Assembly: GCA_039621445.1 (NCBI GenBank)
Contig: CP154954.1
Coordinates: forward strand, 28,113,037-28,177,036
Direction: 5' to 3'
Length of the DNA: 64,000 nucleotides
From: Euglena gracilis
Taxonomy: Eukaryota
A model generated the notes under the pieces. It searched no databases. It was not told where the DNA came from and worked only from the letters and a program-made list of their open reading frames with translations. The position numbers and the translations under genes were made by a program. This document shows, in pieces, positions 25,215 to 37,466 of the stretch (position 1 is its first letter; each line of letters opens with the position of its first letter).

Positions 25215-26424
25215 AAAACGTGTTCAGAGCCCGCCAAATGCCTGCCCTGAAATTCGTGGTCATGATTCACGCAAGGGGTCAAAAACGCGAATTTGTGAAA
25301 TTCGGACCCAAAAAACGGCGCCCTAATGGAAAACGTGCCTGAACACAGATGCCTTCACTGAAAACGTGTCATTGCCACAAATACCCTCATTGAAAACGTG
25401 CCTGAACACAGATGCCTTCACTGAAAACGTGTCATTGCCACAAATGCCCTCACTGAAAATGTGTCACCCCCCCCTTTTTTCTTCTTTTTTTCCTTTTTCC
25501 CGCAGCCCTGCCAATATGGCCAAACGCACGGCAAACTTTGTGAATGGTCTTTTGCCACCACCCCCTAGGACGGAACTGTTCCTGGCTGCTCTCGCGGTAT
25601 ACCAGCAAGATGCCAAGAAGCCGAAGGTTGACCCCCTTCATGGCACCTTGCTGGCACAGGGCAACACAAAGAAAAAGTGACGAACACTCGGTCGAAAATC
25701 AGGACCTGACCAGTGTTCCCTCTGTCTTTCCCACCGCCGAGCAACGTTCCGCTCCTGCGGTCAGCTCTGTTCCCTCCCCTGACCAACCCCCTGTGCCTCG
25801 TGCTGTATAAAACAGGAGAAATGTGGTTTTTGTGGTGTTGCCATTCCGAAAAATCCAAATTGTGTGGAGCTGAACAAAGTTGTGTGTGACGCCTGCGGTT
25901 TTGCGGTTTGGCATATCATTTTCATTGCCAAGATTTGCGGCGGCCACCAAAGTATGGCTCTTTTTTGTGTAAAGCCTGTCGTGTGCCGTGATTTTCGCCC
26001 CTTCCCTGTCGTTGTGCCAAGGCAACCTAGCTTTCTTGTTGTCGTCTTCTTCGTGTTGTAGAGTGCCCCCGACCCGCCTCACCCGTTGAGGACCACCCGG
26101 CTTCTCAACCGCACGCCGATTTTTCCTGATAGCGATTTTCGTTTCTTGCTGGGGGTTGCCACAGATGCCCTCACTGAAAACGTGCCTGAACACAGATGCC
26201 TTCACTGAAAACGTGTCATTGCCACAAATACCCTCATTGAAAACGTGCCTGAACACAGATGCCTTCACTGAAAACGTGTCATTGCCACAAATACCCTCAT
26301 TGAAAACGTGCCTGAACACAGATGCCTTCACTGAAAACGTGTCATTGCCACATATGCCCTCATTGAAAACGTGTTCATGACCACGAATTTCAGGGCAGGC
26401 ATTTGGCGGGCTGAACACGTTTTT
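25215..26424. mobile_element. Element with ~50-bp TIRs and internal 63-bp tandem repeats
   Basis: GCCCGCCAAATGCCTGCCCTGAAATTCGTGGTCATG is inverted at 26377-26412. The 63-bp unit occurs at 25330-25460 (x2) and 26155-26375 (x3.5). Confidence 0.65.
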
Positions 26425-26443
26425 AATCGATTTCAAAAAGAAA

Positions 26444-26487
26444 AGGGTTAGGGTTAGGGTTAGGGTTAGGGTCAGGGTCAGGGTCAG
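26444..26487 (+). repeat. Interstitial telomere-like repeat (TTAGGG)n decaying to (TCAGGG)n
   Basis: agggttagggttagggttagggttagggtcagggtcagggtcag. Confidence 0.9.
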
Positions 26488-26980
26488 TGCCAGGCCATCC
26501 TTTGCTCACACAATGGGATATTGTCATTGGTCATGGAACTCAACTGATTTGGCCGTTTCCCCCCACTTTTTTTTTAAACCGGCGGCGCGGAGCAAAAGTT
26601 TTTGAGGCCTCTGGTCAAATTTTTTAGAGGGAGCCAGGCAAAAATTTTGACTGGTTGGGGCAAATGTTTTTGTCGGCCGTGGGCAAACATTTCAGACACT
26701 AGGTGTAAAACCATTTTCACCTAGCGTCTGAAATGTTTGCCCATCCCAGCGCCCTCGAAAAAATTGTCCAAAAGTCTCAAAATTATTTGCACTTCCCCCC
26801 AAAAATGTTTGCACTTGTTCCGAAAAAATTTGCACTCCGTCATTTTCTTTGCTCAATGGAAAAAAAGGCTAATGCTGGACAATGGAAAAAGATCCACACC
26901 GATTGAAGTTTCAAAGGGCAAATGTGCAAAACACCCCATCCAAGTGCAAAAAATTTTGAAACAGATACTTTTTCAAAATT

Positions 26981-28144
26981 GGTGGGGGTACACGGGCTTT
27001 GTCCTGCGCTCCGCTCCGGACAAAGCCCGTGTACCCCCCCACCAATTTTATAAGCCCGTGTACCCCCCCCCTCCGGATTTGGACAAAGCCCGTGGACCCC
27101 CTACAGCGGCCATGTAGACACCCATTGGCCTGTTTTCCCCCCCCCTTTCCACAGCTATGTTGCTCGCACAGCTCGTTATCGTGGCCGAGTCGGCTGTCCC
27201 GCTCCTGCCCACACTTGATGATTTCCTGAGGGACCTAGAGGTTGGAATCCTTGACGGCATAGTCAACTGACACGGCACTTTTTAGGGACACGTTTGAGGC
27301 AGCTGTTCCTCGTCCTGAGGGGAGCGTAAAAAATATGAAAAAGGCATTTACAGCCCTGAAACATTTCCAGAACGTTTGCGAGAATTGGGGCTGAAAAACG
27401 AGAACGAGAATTTGAATGAGTGCATGGTTGCCTTTGCAAAGTGGACCCTCTGTGCGGAATGCCTGGTCAACACGGAAACCAAAATTGTGGCGGTTAAGGC
27501 CATGTATGAATGGGCACCCACGACTCTGACCACTAACATGAATGTGCTGGCGGTGCTCCAAAAGCATGGTAGGCCAGAGCGACAAACTGTTCCAAAGGCA
27601 AATAGGCAATTTCCCAATTTTGTTCTGCTGGAAATGCATGCCAAAACGCGTTGGGATTCCTGGTTCGAGGTTCAAAGCTACAACATCATGGTGTTATTTT
27701 ACAGCCTCGGCCAACGCCAAGAGTTGCAAAAACTGCTGCGCGTGGGAAATTTTCACCCTGCCAACTGAAAATCACGCCTGCCCCGACAAATCCCCAGGGT
27801 CCATTTTTCATAGGCGGAGGACATAAATCCTGGGCCAGCCGAAATAGCCGGTGTTGTCCGCGCTGTGAGGGCGGCGAAATGCCCCTTCTGCCAGCCCGTG
27901 TGAAGGGCAAGCGACCATAGCGGTGACACCACTGGCTCCCTTAGTTGCCGCTTTCCCCCTAAGAAACATTCCGTGGCTGTACACTATGCCTGGCCTTGGG
28001 TTTATTTTACGGCAACTGACAACATTTATTCTGCCAAATCGCTGTGCATTGCAGTTTTCACTTTGAGGGGGGGTACACAGGGCTCAAGACAAAGCCCGTG
28101 TACCCCTACACAGGGCTCAGGACAAAGCCCGTGTACCCCCCGCC
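26981..28144 (+). mobile_element. TIR element carrying a frameshifted ORF with tyrosine-recombinase-like motifs
   Basis: TIRs GGTGGGGGTACACGGGCTTTGTCCTG / CAGGACAAAGCCCGTGTACCCCCCGCC. Acceptor-like CCTTTCCACAG then ATG at ~27157. Protein fragment YNIMVLFYSLGQRQEL resembles YR box I. Confidence 0.45.
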
Positions 28145-31100
28145 CAGGGAATTTCTTAAGGACCCCCCGGGGGGGGTCCAGCCACAGAAAGAATGTGAAA
28201 CAAACACGGGTGACCTTATGGGCACCTGTGACTGTCTCGCAATTCCCCATATGGTCACCCGTGATCCAATCACGGGGGGGCAATATGGTCACCGGTGATC
28301 ACTTTCCATGAACAAGATTGGGGCATTCCACATAGCTGGCGGGTTTTTGATTGATGATGTTTCCAATAGAAAATGCAAAGTTCCAACACATTACCATAAA
28401 AGAGCCACAATAATAGTAATAAAGCAAAATAATTTCCAAAGAAAACACTCATTTTAAGTGATCGTATATTCCAAAATTTGACATGTTGGTTTTTCAAATC
28501 CCATGGTGCAGTAGAGCACATCAATTGAAAGGTCTGTCCAAGGCCCACCGAACTCACAGAACTCAGCCACACTACACAGGGTCGCAATTTCCAAATTCCA
28601 CTATTCACCTTGGCCTCAGGTTTCTGTCACACTACATGGTCTTCTTATTTCCGAAAATCCCCAGAAGTTGCCAAAGGGAATCATTGCACAAAAATTCTCC
28701 AATTTCAGGTCAAACACCATTCTTGTCCCCCCCCCCCCCGATCTTATCCCACACCTGGCCAAAGGGTCTGGGCAAGGGTCCGCTTAAGGAAAGTTTCTTG
28801 ATTTTCTTGAAACGATCTTGTCCCCTCTCCCCGATCTTGTCCCATACCCGGGCTAGCGTCACCCGGGGTATGGGACAAGATCGGGGGGGGGGATGGTGAA
28901 CCCCCCAAATAATACCCCCCCCCAAATAATACCCCCCCCTTGGGGTCCGACTTCGGCCGCCGAAATAATACCCCCCCCCCTGGTTTCGGGCCGAAGGCCC
29001 GGATTTTTGACCTGAAAATGTAGGTAAAAATCACAATTTCTGACAACAAATGATGAAAAAAATGGATTTTTCTGGCTCATCTGACCTCCAAAAATGGTAA
29101 ATTTCACAAGAAAGTGCAAAAAATGACCCAAAGGGTGGTTTTGGGTGCTATTTTGGGTTTTACGGGACTTCGGAAAATTTCGAAAATTTTGGAAAAATAA
29201 TACCCCCCCCCAATAATACCCCCCCCCCTCGGGCCGGGACTTCGGGCGAAAAAATAATACCCCGGGGGGGTATTATTTGGGGGGGGGGTTTACCAAAACT
29301 CCTCAGATATGATTGTCACATGCTTCCCGCCCGAACCGGCACGCTGAACACTGAACTGTTCGGGCGTGAAGCCAGATCCCCAATACACGGTTTAAGGTCA
29401 AAATCCAGGTTATCGGCCCGAAAGTCAAGGGCCCGAGGGGGGGGGGTGTTATTTTGGGGGAGGGTTCACTGGCTTTATCATAGGTGCTCTATACAAATTT
29501 TGAGACAAAAATGGCTCAAAATATATTTTCAAAAATTTGTTGGTCGATGGGAAAAAGCACAGAAACTGCAACCCATTCAAAAAAATTCAAAACGCTGGCT
29601 GCCGTTTTTTTTTTGGTGCTATTTTGGTCCCCACCTACCCGCAACCCCCAGGCACTGGTGAATTCTTCCTTGTACATAACCCTAGTAAACGTACCGTCCA
29701 CATGTGGACTCACATGTAGTCAGTCATAAGAGGTTCTCCTTGTGACGAGGGCCAACGGGGGTGCTGGGGTCGGTGGGGGGGGGATCGGGGGGGTCGCGGG
29801 GGGTAAACGGGTTTTACGGCAGGTCATGCGTGACTTGAGTGATGTCATTCATTCCTCTAATTTTAGATCCCAATTAGGAATTTGCGTGCCATTTGGGTCC
29901 AAAAATAGGTCCAATTAGGAATTTGGGACGAATTTTCACACTTTGATTGACGGTTAATTGGCGAACACCCTATTTGTCCAAAGCCAACAGGTGGCCTTGT
30001 GCGAGTAGCCAAAATGCCCAAAATGGATGGACACGGTTCAAAATCTGGTCAGAAATAACCTAAAATGACACAAAAGGCCCAGCATTCCAAAATTTATCAA
30101 AAATATTTGCAGCTATCCCCAAAAAATGATTGACAATCTGCCAAAAACTGCCCAAAATGGGGTCGAACATGACAACAAAAAAATCCATCATCACCATGAA
30201 TTGGCCCCAAAGATTCCAACAAATGCCCAGAATTATTGCAAAAAAAAACTGCTTGAAATGGCGGAAAACCAGCCAAAAATGGCTCAAATGGCAGAAATTT
30301 TGCAAATTATTTTCAATTTTTGGGGTTTTGATGCAAGGTGCCCACATATGCAGCGTTTTTCTTTGCCAAATATTGGTATTTGGAAATGTTCAAGCAGTAA
30401 GCAGTGAATTGTATTTGAAAAACAGGATTGACACGAACCAATGTAACTCATTTGTCAAAGGTTGGAATGAAGTGGGACAAATTCTGAGGTCAATCGGCTT
30501 TTGCTGCAATGACATTTCTGCTTCAATACGCATTCTGAACCATTTTGGTCGGTTTTGGGGGGCTCCAACAAAGTCATTATTCAAGGCGCAGTACTTTGGG
30601 CGGAGTCTGCGTCTTAAGGCGCAGACCTCATACCCGAAATCTGGCGTCTTTGACGCAGACTCCGTCCTGAGTCCCTGTGCCTTAGACGCAGATTTAAGGT
30701 CAACTGTGCAACACACCCAATCCAAGTGCAAAAATTTTCGGAACGGAGGCAAATATTTTGAGATAAGGTGCAAACATTCTTGATTTTTGAAATAAGGTGC
30801 AAACAAATTTTTGACAGCCTCCTAATTTCAAGAAGGTGGCGGTGGATCTACACGGCACACCTGGGAGATCAGGCAGTAGACTTTGGTCATTTTGACCCCC
30901 CCCTATGGTGAAGTTCACCGTTTGAAAGTTCACCGGGGGGTCCCGGACCCTCTCCCCCCCCTCTGCCTAACCCATCGGTGAACTTCACCGGTGAAGTTCA
31001 CCAAAAAAGCACTTTTTTGGCAAAAAAATGGCCAAAAATGGCATTTTGGGCAAGTTTTCGGAAATTTCGATAAAATTCCATGAAGCATCAACCTCAAAAC

Positions 31101-31239
31101 GACCATTTTGAGAGAAAAGGAGCAAAATTTTTCCCATGAAAATTTCACCCCCAACCATCAAAACGGTGAAGTTCACCGATGAACTTCACCGGGGGGTCCA
31201 CAGCACCCCCCCCACCCCTGCCTAACCTCCTTGGCCCTC

Positions 31240-33850
31240 GGTTCGAGCCACTGCAAGGATGGATTGAGAAGGGTCAACCATCGAACAAAGCAAGGAAAGA
31301 AGCTATGAAGAACACCTTGCCACAGCGAGACAAATGCCACCTCCGACTGCAACCGGCTCCCAGGCTCGTGTGGTGCTCCTTGCCCCCTGTGTGGAAACTC
31401 ATGGATCCCTTTGGGGACCATGCTGAAAAAGAACAAACTCGTGCAATGTCACAACGCTGTGCGGGACGCGCTGGCTATGGTCCTCAAAGAGAATGGGAGG
31501 CGTGCAGACGGACGGACGGACGGACGGACGGACGGATGGCTAGAAAAAATTCCTTTCATCTGGACGGACGGCTGGTCAGGGTTCCAGCTGTGCATTTTGG
31601 TCTGGACGAACAGACAGCTAGGTTGGTCTCGAAATCGAGAAACGTCTTGGCTTTTGCCACCGGGCCGGGACGAACTTGGAGAAAGGCTCGAAAATTTTTA
31701 CACGGCTCTTATTCTCAGTTTCACTCAGAGGTCTTATAGTGTAGTGGTCGGCACCTGGGATCCTGATTCGCTTACTCTCACCCCCCCCCTATTTCACTAA
31801 TGGCCAGGCTCCTTCGGATCCCCATTTAGCCAATTAGGGGGGGGACAATTAGGGGGGAGGGTCACCCCGGCCAATGGCCAATGAGCCTGACCCCCTAATT
31901 GGCTAATGGACCGTCCAACGGGGCCAATTGGGGGGGGGGGGGCAAATAAGGGGGGGGGTGAGGGTAACCCCAGTTCGAACCCAGGTTTGACTTGATCTTT
32001 GTTCGTCTCGTTCTTGAATTTTAAGTTCGCGGACAGTAAATGCCGATGAACTTTTCCACAATCCATGGCAGATGAAATTTCACGGGTGAAGGCGGATAGG
32101 CATTTTGAATTCAGATGGAATCACAATCAAAATAGAGGTTTTACTGTTTGAAATGATTGAATTCGATTGAACATTCATGCTCCGCAAGCTGATCTGCTTC
32201 TTTCCAAAAGGCTCTGCCCCTGGCCCTTCTGGCCTTCGCCCTGACCATTTGAGATGCATAGGCTCCCGAGCCGAGGCCCAGTTGTTTCACCTAGGCGGCC
32301 GAAGTCCCCGGTAGGTACAACCACTGGGAGCCAAAAAAAAGAGGACCGTTGGGGCTTGTTGCAAATTGACCTGAGCAATGCTTTCAACTGCATTTTCCAA
32401 AATGGGGTTCTTTGATATTGTACGTTGCAGATGCTCTTCGGCAATCTCTTGGATTGAGAGTTGCTACAGCTAGCACTCTCACCTGTTCCATGGGATAACA
32501 ATTTTGCAATCAGCAAGAGGCGCACAACAAGGTGATCTGTGTGTGCCACCTCTTTTAGCTTGGGGCCCGCATCATGTGTTGGAGAATCTTGAATGGCAAG
32601 GCTGATATCTCGACGATGGTCACCTTTTTGGGCCCCTTGCAACTGTACTCAGCCATTGGCACCCTCATCCAAGAAGCTGGAAAACACGGGCTCTCTGTGA
32701 ACTTGGCAAAATGCAACCTCCAGTGCCCAGCATTTTCATCGGGGATCTGTGCATCCCCCAGATAGCCCGTTGCGCCAGGTTCCCATCGTTCATTTGTCAA
32801 AGATTCAGGCCTGAAAGTGCTTGGTGTGCCTTTATGCCACCTGGAAGGGGACGCCCGGAGGGCGGCCAAATGGGGGGGGGGAGGTCACGTTATTTGCGGC
32901 TCATCTCAAGGTATGGCGCAAGTCGATTGGGCGGTCGGCCCGACTAGTCGAGCCAACCAGGAGTCGGCCCAACTTTGGCCGCACTCGGGCCGACTTGGCG
33001 GTCAATCCAACTGGTCGGGCCGACCACCCAGCACAATCCTACCCCCCTTTATTTTTTAAGCCTCCCCCAAGCATGAAAAATGATCAAAAAGCATACAATC
33101 CCCCCCTCCCATACCCAGGCTAACGCTAGCCTGGGTATGGGACAAGATCGGGGGGGATCAGATGGGGGTCAACAAAATTCCTTTAGTGGACCCTGGCCTG
33201 GACCCTTTGGCTAGGGATGGGACAAGATCGGGGGGGGGGGCAAGATCAGGGGGGGGTGGACCTACATCGTTGGAAATGAGCGACAGAACCCCCCGATGGA
33301 ATCCCCTCGACCAATTTTTGGACTCAACGCCCTCAAAAACCCCTGCCACATTATCTCAGGTTGCTCTGACGGCGGGGGCCGGCACAGCAGCCACCAACAA
33401 CGCGGTCATCCTGATCACCGGTGCTGCGGGATCAGCCACGTTGGTGCTGAAGGCTAGGTGGTCGTCGCCCCCGTACCATCCCATCTCAAGGTGTAGCGAA
33501 CGCTGCTGAAAGTACGCCGCACCACCCGACCACCAAGGCCACCCGACCTGAAGGCCAACTAGAGAGTCCCCTGACACCAGGTTGATTTCGGGTTGCTATC
33601 GTGTGCTGCCGTTCTGAAGGCGTCCCGTCTTCCGTGCAGCACCTTGAGGACCATTGCGGGCCCGCCACTCGCTTTTAGGGACCAGGTATCGGGCCGCGCG
33701 CTGAACAACCATCCTATTGCTTCACAAATGAGTTGGTTTTTTGCAATCTTCTTGTGCTCCATTGATGCCATGTTCTTCAATGCAATCTTCTCGCCCCAAG
33801 ACATATCTTTCCGGAGGGGGCACAACGAGGTCCACCGCCAGCCCTTGTAG
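31240..33850. pseudogene. Degraded CRE-like retrotransposon relics interrupted by MITEs
   Basis: Plus strand: MDPFGDHA/CHNAVRDALA (31400-31495), LLQIDLSNAFNCI (~32355), GAQQGD (~32519), HGLSVNLAKC (~32685). Minus strand: EHKKIAKNQLICEAIGWLFS (~33700-33770). Confidence 0.6.
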
Positions 33851-36059
33851 GCGCGCTAGGCAGTCGAGTTCAGGTCCCAAACCCCCCCTCCCCCCCTGCC
33901 TGGTTGAGTTCAGACCTCCACACGGGGCCCCCAGTGCTGGGCTGCCCCATTGATTTTGTTAGTCCAAAAACCTGGACCCCCCCCGAACTCAACTGGTCCG
34001 GTTGAGTTCGCAACTTTGTCAGGGGGGTCCCACCCCCCCCCCTTGTGCCTGGGCCCAGGCCCCCTGATGGCCACCTCTCTCCTAGTATGTATTCCATGGG
34101 GGCGTTTGGCCGGACCAACCTAAAACTTCTTTTCACTTTACACACTTTCCATTTTTTTAAAAAAAAACACTTTTTTGTTGCTTTCTTTTTTGAAAAAAAG
34201 AGCAATTTTTTTTAAAAAAACGTCAGCTTTGATCATGGTCCCTAGAATGGTGGTGCCCCTGCGTTCCCCCCCTGCGTACCCCCCCCATCCCCCCCCCCCC
34301 GCATCCAACACCCCCAAAAGGTGCTCGCCGGTTATATTCCGGGGGCCGACAATTACCGCGGGTGGGTAATTGCCGCAGCGACAATTACCGCGGGGTTTTA
34401 CAACGCGGTGCCTCTCTGGAATGCGCGGCACAACAGCGTGCTATTTTTTCATGCTTTCTGCCAAGTGACAAAAAGAAACCATCTTCCGGATGCTTCTTGC
34501 AGTGGGTTCCTTTCTGTAATACTAAGTTTGTCTCTCGGAGTGTCAGACACACTAATGCTGCAGTTTTCAGCTGGCAGACCAACCTAGCCGACCAACATGC
34601 TGGCTGTCCAGCCGTCCGTCCAGATAAAAGCACTGTCGCTCGCCGCCCGGCTGTCCAGACCAATGCGTACGCTGCACGAATGCGTGGTTGGGGAAGGAAT
34701 GGATGTGTGCGCCGGGGGGTTGATTTACCGGACGACAATGAGCGCCGGAATAAAACCGATGGATGACGGAGCCATTTCCCCCTTTAGCTGCACTGGGGAA
34801 AGCGGACAACGGCCGGCGCGAGCATTTGGTGATGTGTCCCAGTCACGCAGGTTTCCCCCCGAAAAATGATTCAGAACATTAACTCACAGGGAGGTGCGTT
34901 AAATAATAAAAATACAAAAGAAAAACTTGGTGTTTTTATTCCAATGTTTGAGGAAACAGATCAAAGATGCAACGTTCATTGCAACTCCAAATTTGCAACA
35001 TGTTGCAAACACAATGAAAAGGAGGTTCACAGGAAATTGAACACAAATTTGAAATAAAAACACAACCCGCTGAAACTGAAACAAACAGTGCTATGAAACA
35101 AAAAAAATGCAATAGTTAACAACGACTTTCCCTCCATCTTCGTTCGTTGTTGTGATAAGTGTCATCTTTTTGTTTTGAATTTATTCATCTTCTTCACCTT
35201 CTTTATCAACTCTTCTGAAGAAGGAATTTTGTGTCACACAAATATTGACTGTTGTTTGGAAGGTGGGGGTGTACAGTGGATACATGCTGAGTTGAATTGT
35301 GATGCATTAAATGTGCAAGATGTTGAATGAATGATGTAACATAAAATATCCAGAAGAAAACGTACATAGGAGATGCTGGAAAATTGTCCTTGAAAAAAAT
35401 GATTGTGATGACATGCCACAAACAAATGTTGCTGCAAAAGCTGTTGCAGATGCATTCAGACATTTAGACAACAAAAAAAATGTTTTTCAGCAGTTTGTAA
35501 ACACTGTAATACACAACCATTTTGAAGACATGCCACAGACCCTAAAATATGCATGCAAAAATATGAAGATGCATGCATGTCGCCAACAAAAATGCGTGAC
35601 AGTTTATAAACGTTACAGAAGAACACAGCAGGAGCAACAACAGGGAACATGCCTTCAACTGTGAGGCGATCAGCACGAACTTGGCACGAAATGAACTATC
35701 ATTTCTTCCTCCAAAACCGTTTTTTTTTGTTTCCACACCCAAAATGGAGTTTTGTCAAAAATGGCCCAACATTCATCCCAAAAAATGTGATGGTTGATCA
35801 GAATATCCTACAAAAATCCCTCTCAAACAATTCTTTGAAAGGCAGTCTCTAGCAAACTCAAAATGGGAAGATGGCTCTTTGGGATAACCCCCCCCTAATA
35901 GAAGCACGGGGCCACTACAAGCGCAGGGTCCAAATAAAAGCGCACCCCCCGCCGCCGAAGGCGGCGGTCCGCTACAAGCGCACCCCCCATTTTGATAGGA
36001 TTTCTAAAGGAAATCAACAAAAATCGTGCAGGTAGGGTCCAAATAGAAGCGCACCCCCT

Positions 36060-36525
36060 GCTGCCGAGGCCAAAGCAGAAGTGTGGCAAGGACTCTCACT
36101 CACCCACCCTCGCCAAAGAAATCTCTAAACAACTGGTTTGGAGCTTCTACACCAACCTGTCAAATGACGCTGACCTTTCTGCTGGTTGCCACCTCCCTTA
36201 TTCCCACTGAACACCTTTGCTAACCACCTGTCCACCTTGGTTAACCTGCCCCCCTCCACATGAATCCTACCCGCTTCCCCACTTCACACTCCTGTCCTCT
36301 CCATCCTCTCCTGGTATTAACGTCACCGTAGCCATCTGTTCGAGACCAAAGCCAACAATTACTTCCAACCCAAGCAGCGAAACAGTCCAAGCCCAAGCTA
36401 ACACTCCCTAACACACCACCTAAGGACCTGACACACACATGCCATCCAACGGCAAGCTCAGCACAACACACACGCCCCCCCCAGGCACTTTATATATTGA
36501 AGATGAGCCTCGCTCATTTTCCACT
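36060..36525 (+). mobile_element. Fragment of the second CRE family (ORF end plus 3' UTR)
   Basis: Near-identical to the reverse complement of ~45640-46135 (LAKEISKQLVWSFYTNLSND). Confidence 0.8.
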
Positions 36526-36606
36526 GACGCGCCTTCTTACATCGCTCTGTAAAATGTTCTACATAGAACGCCCCATTGAGTCCCCTCGGGATGATGTGGA
36601 ACGTAC

Positions 36607-37231
36607 CAAGGTTGACGGCTTGTTTTTTTTGAAACAAAAAAAATGTGGTTTTTTTAAAGAAAACAACAAAAAAAACGTCATGGAGGGTTTGGGGGAAATT
36701 TTTTTGCAAAAAGTTCATTTTTTATCTCTGCAACATTCATTTTTGGGTTTTTTGGGGGGTTGAAAGCATGATTTTTTCGCACCAGAAAACACAGATTTGG
36801 AAATACTTTCACACATTAAAATTTTAGAGGGCCGGTGATGCCTAATTTGACAAAATATTCAGGTAGATTCCTAATTTTGAGGCATAAATTTTGCAACACT
36901 TAGAATGGTAATGCCTAATTTGGTGTCAAAATACCAATTTTAAGTTGGGGGATTCCTAATTTGGAGCCTAAAAAGGATTTTTCCCCAAAAATTCGTTTTC
37001 AGGTAATTCCTAATTTGGCCACCGAAAATGTGATGTTCCCCCATGACCCCCCTGTTACCCCCATGTGACCCCCCGGTGACTCGAACCACCCCCGAAAATT
37101 TTTCTTCGAAAATGGCCATTTCGCAACGAAAAAGGTCGATTTTTGTTTTTGTGTTTTTTTTGTGTTTTTTTTAAAAAAAATTAAAGAAAAGCACAAAAAA
37201 AAACAATAAAACAATAAAAACGTCAACCCTG
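36607..37231. mobile_element. hAT-type MITE
   Basis: CAAGGTTGACG / CGTCAACCCTG; TSD GAACGTAC/GAATGTAC. Confidence 0.75.
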
Positions 37232-37466
37232 GAATGTACATTTCTCACCCGCCGGAGCACCATGTACATGAAGGTGGTTGAGCCCCCGTGTGTAGGATTG
37301 TACTTGAAATTTTTCCGAAAAATATGATGGAAATTTTTCCGAAATTTTTCCAGGAAAATAAATTATATTTTTTCCGAGTGGAAAAATATGGAAATTTATT
37401 TTTTTTTGAAGCAAGGCACAATGAGGAAAAGTTTTTATCTTCCCACTCCTTTCTCAGGATACTTTC

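Noticed and set aside
26155-26375. 63-bp repeats as a CRISPR array
   Set aside because: Units are contiguous with no unique spacers, there are no cas genes, and the context is eukaryotic.
26444-26487. True chromosome end
   Set aside because: Only about 7 degenerate units embedded in continuous sequence.
34860-35860. AT-rich short ORFs as a gene
   Set aside because: No motif, multiple stops and no paired-end intron structure found.
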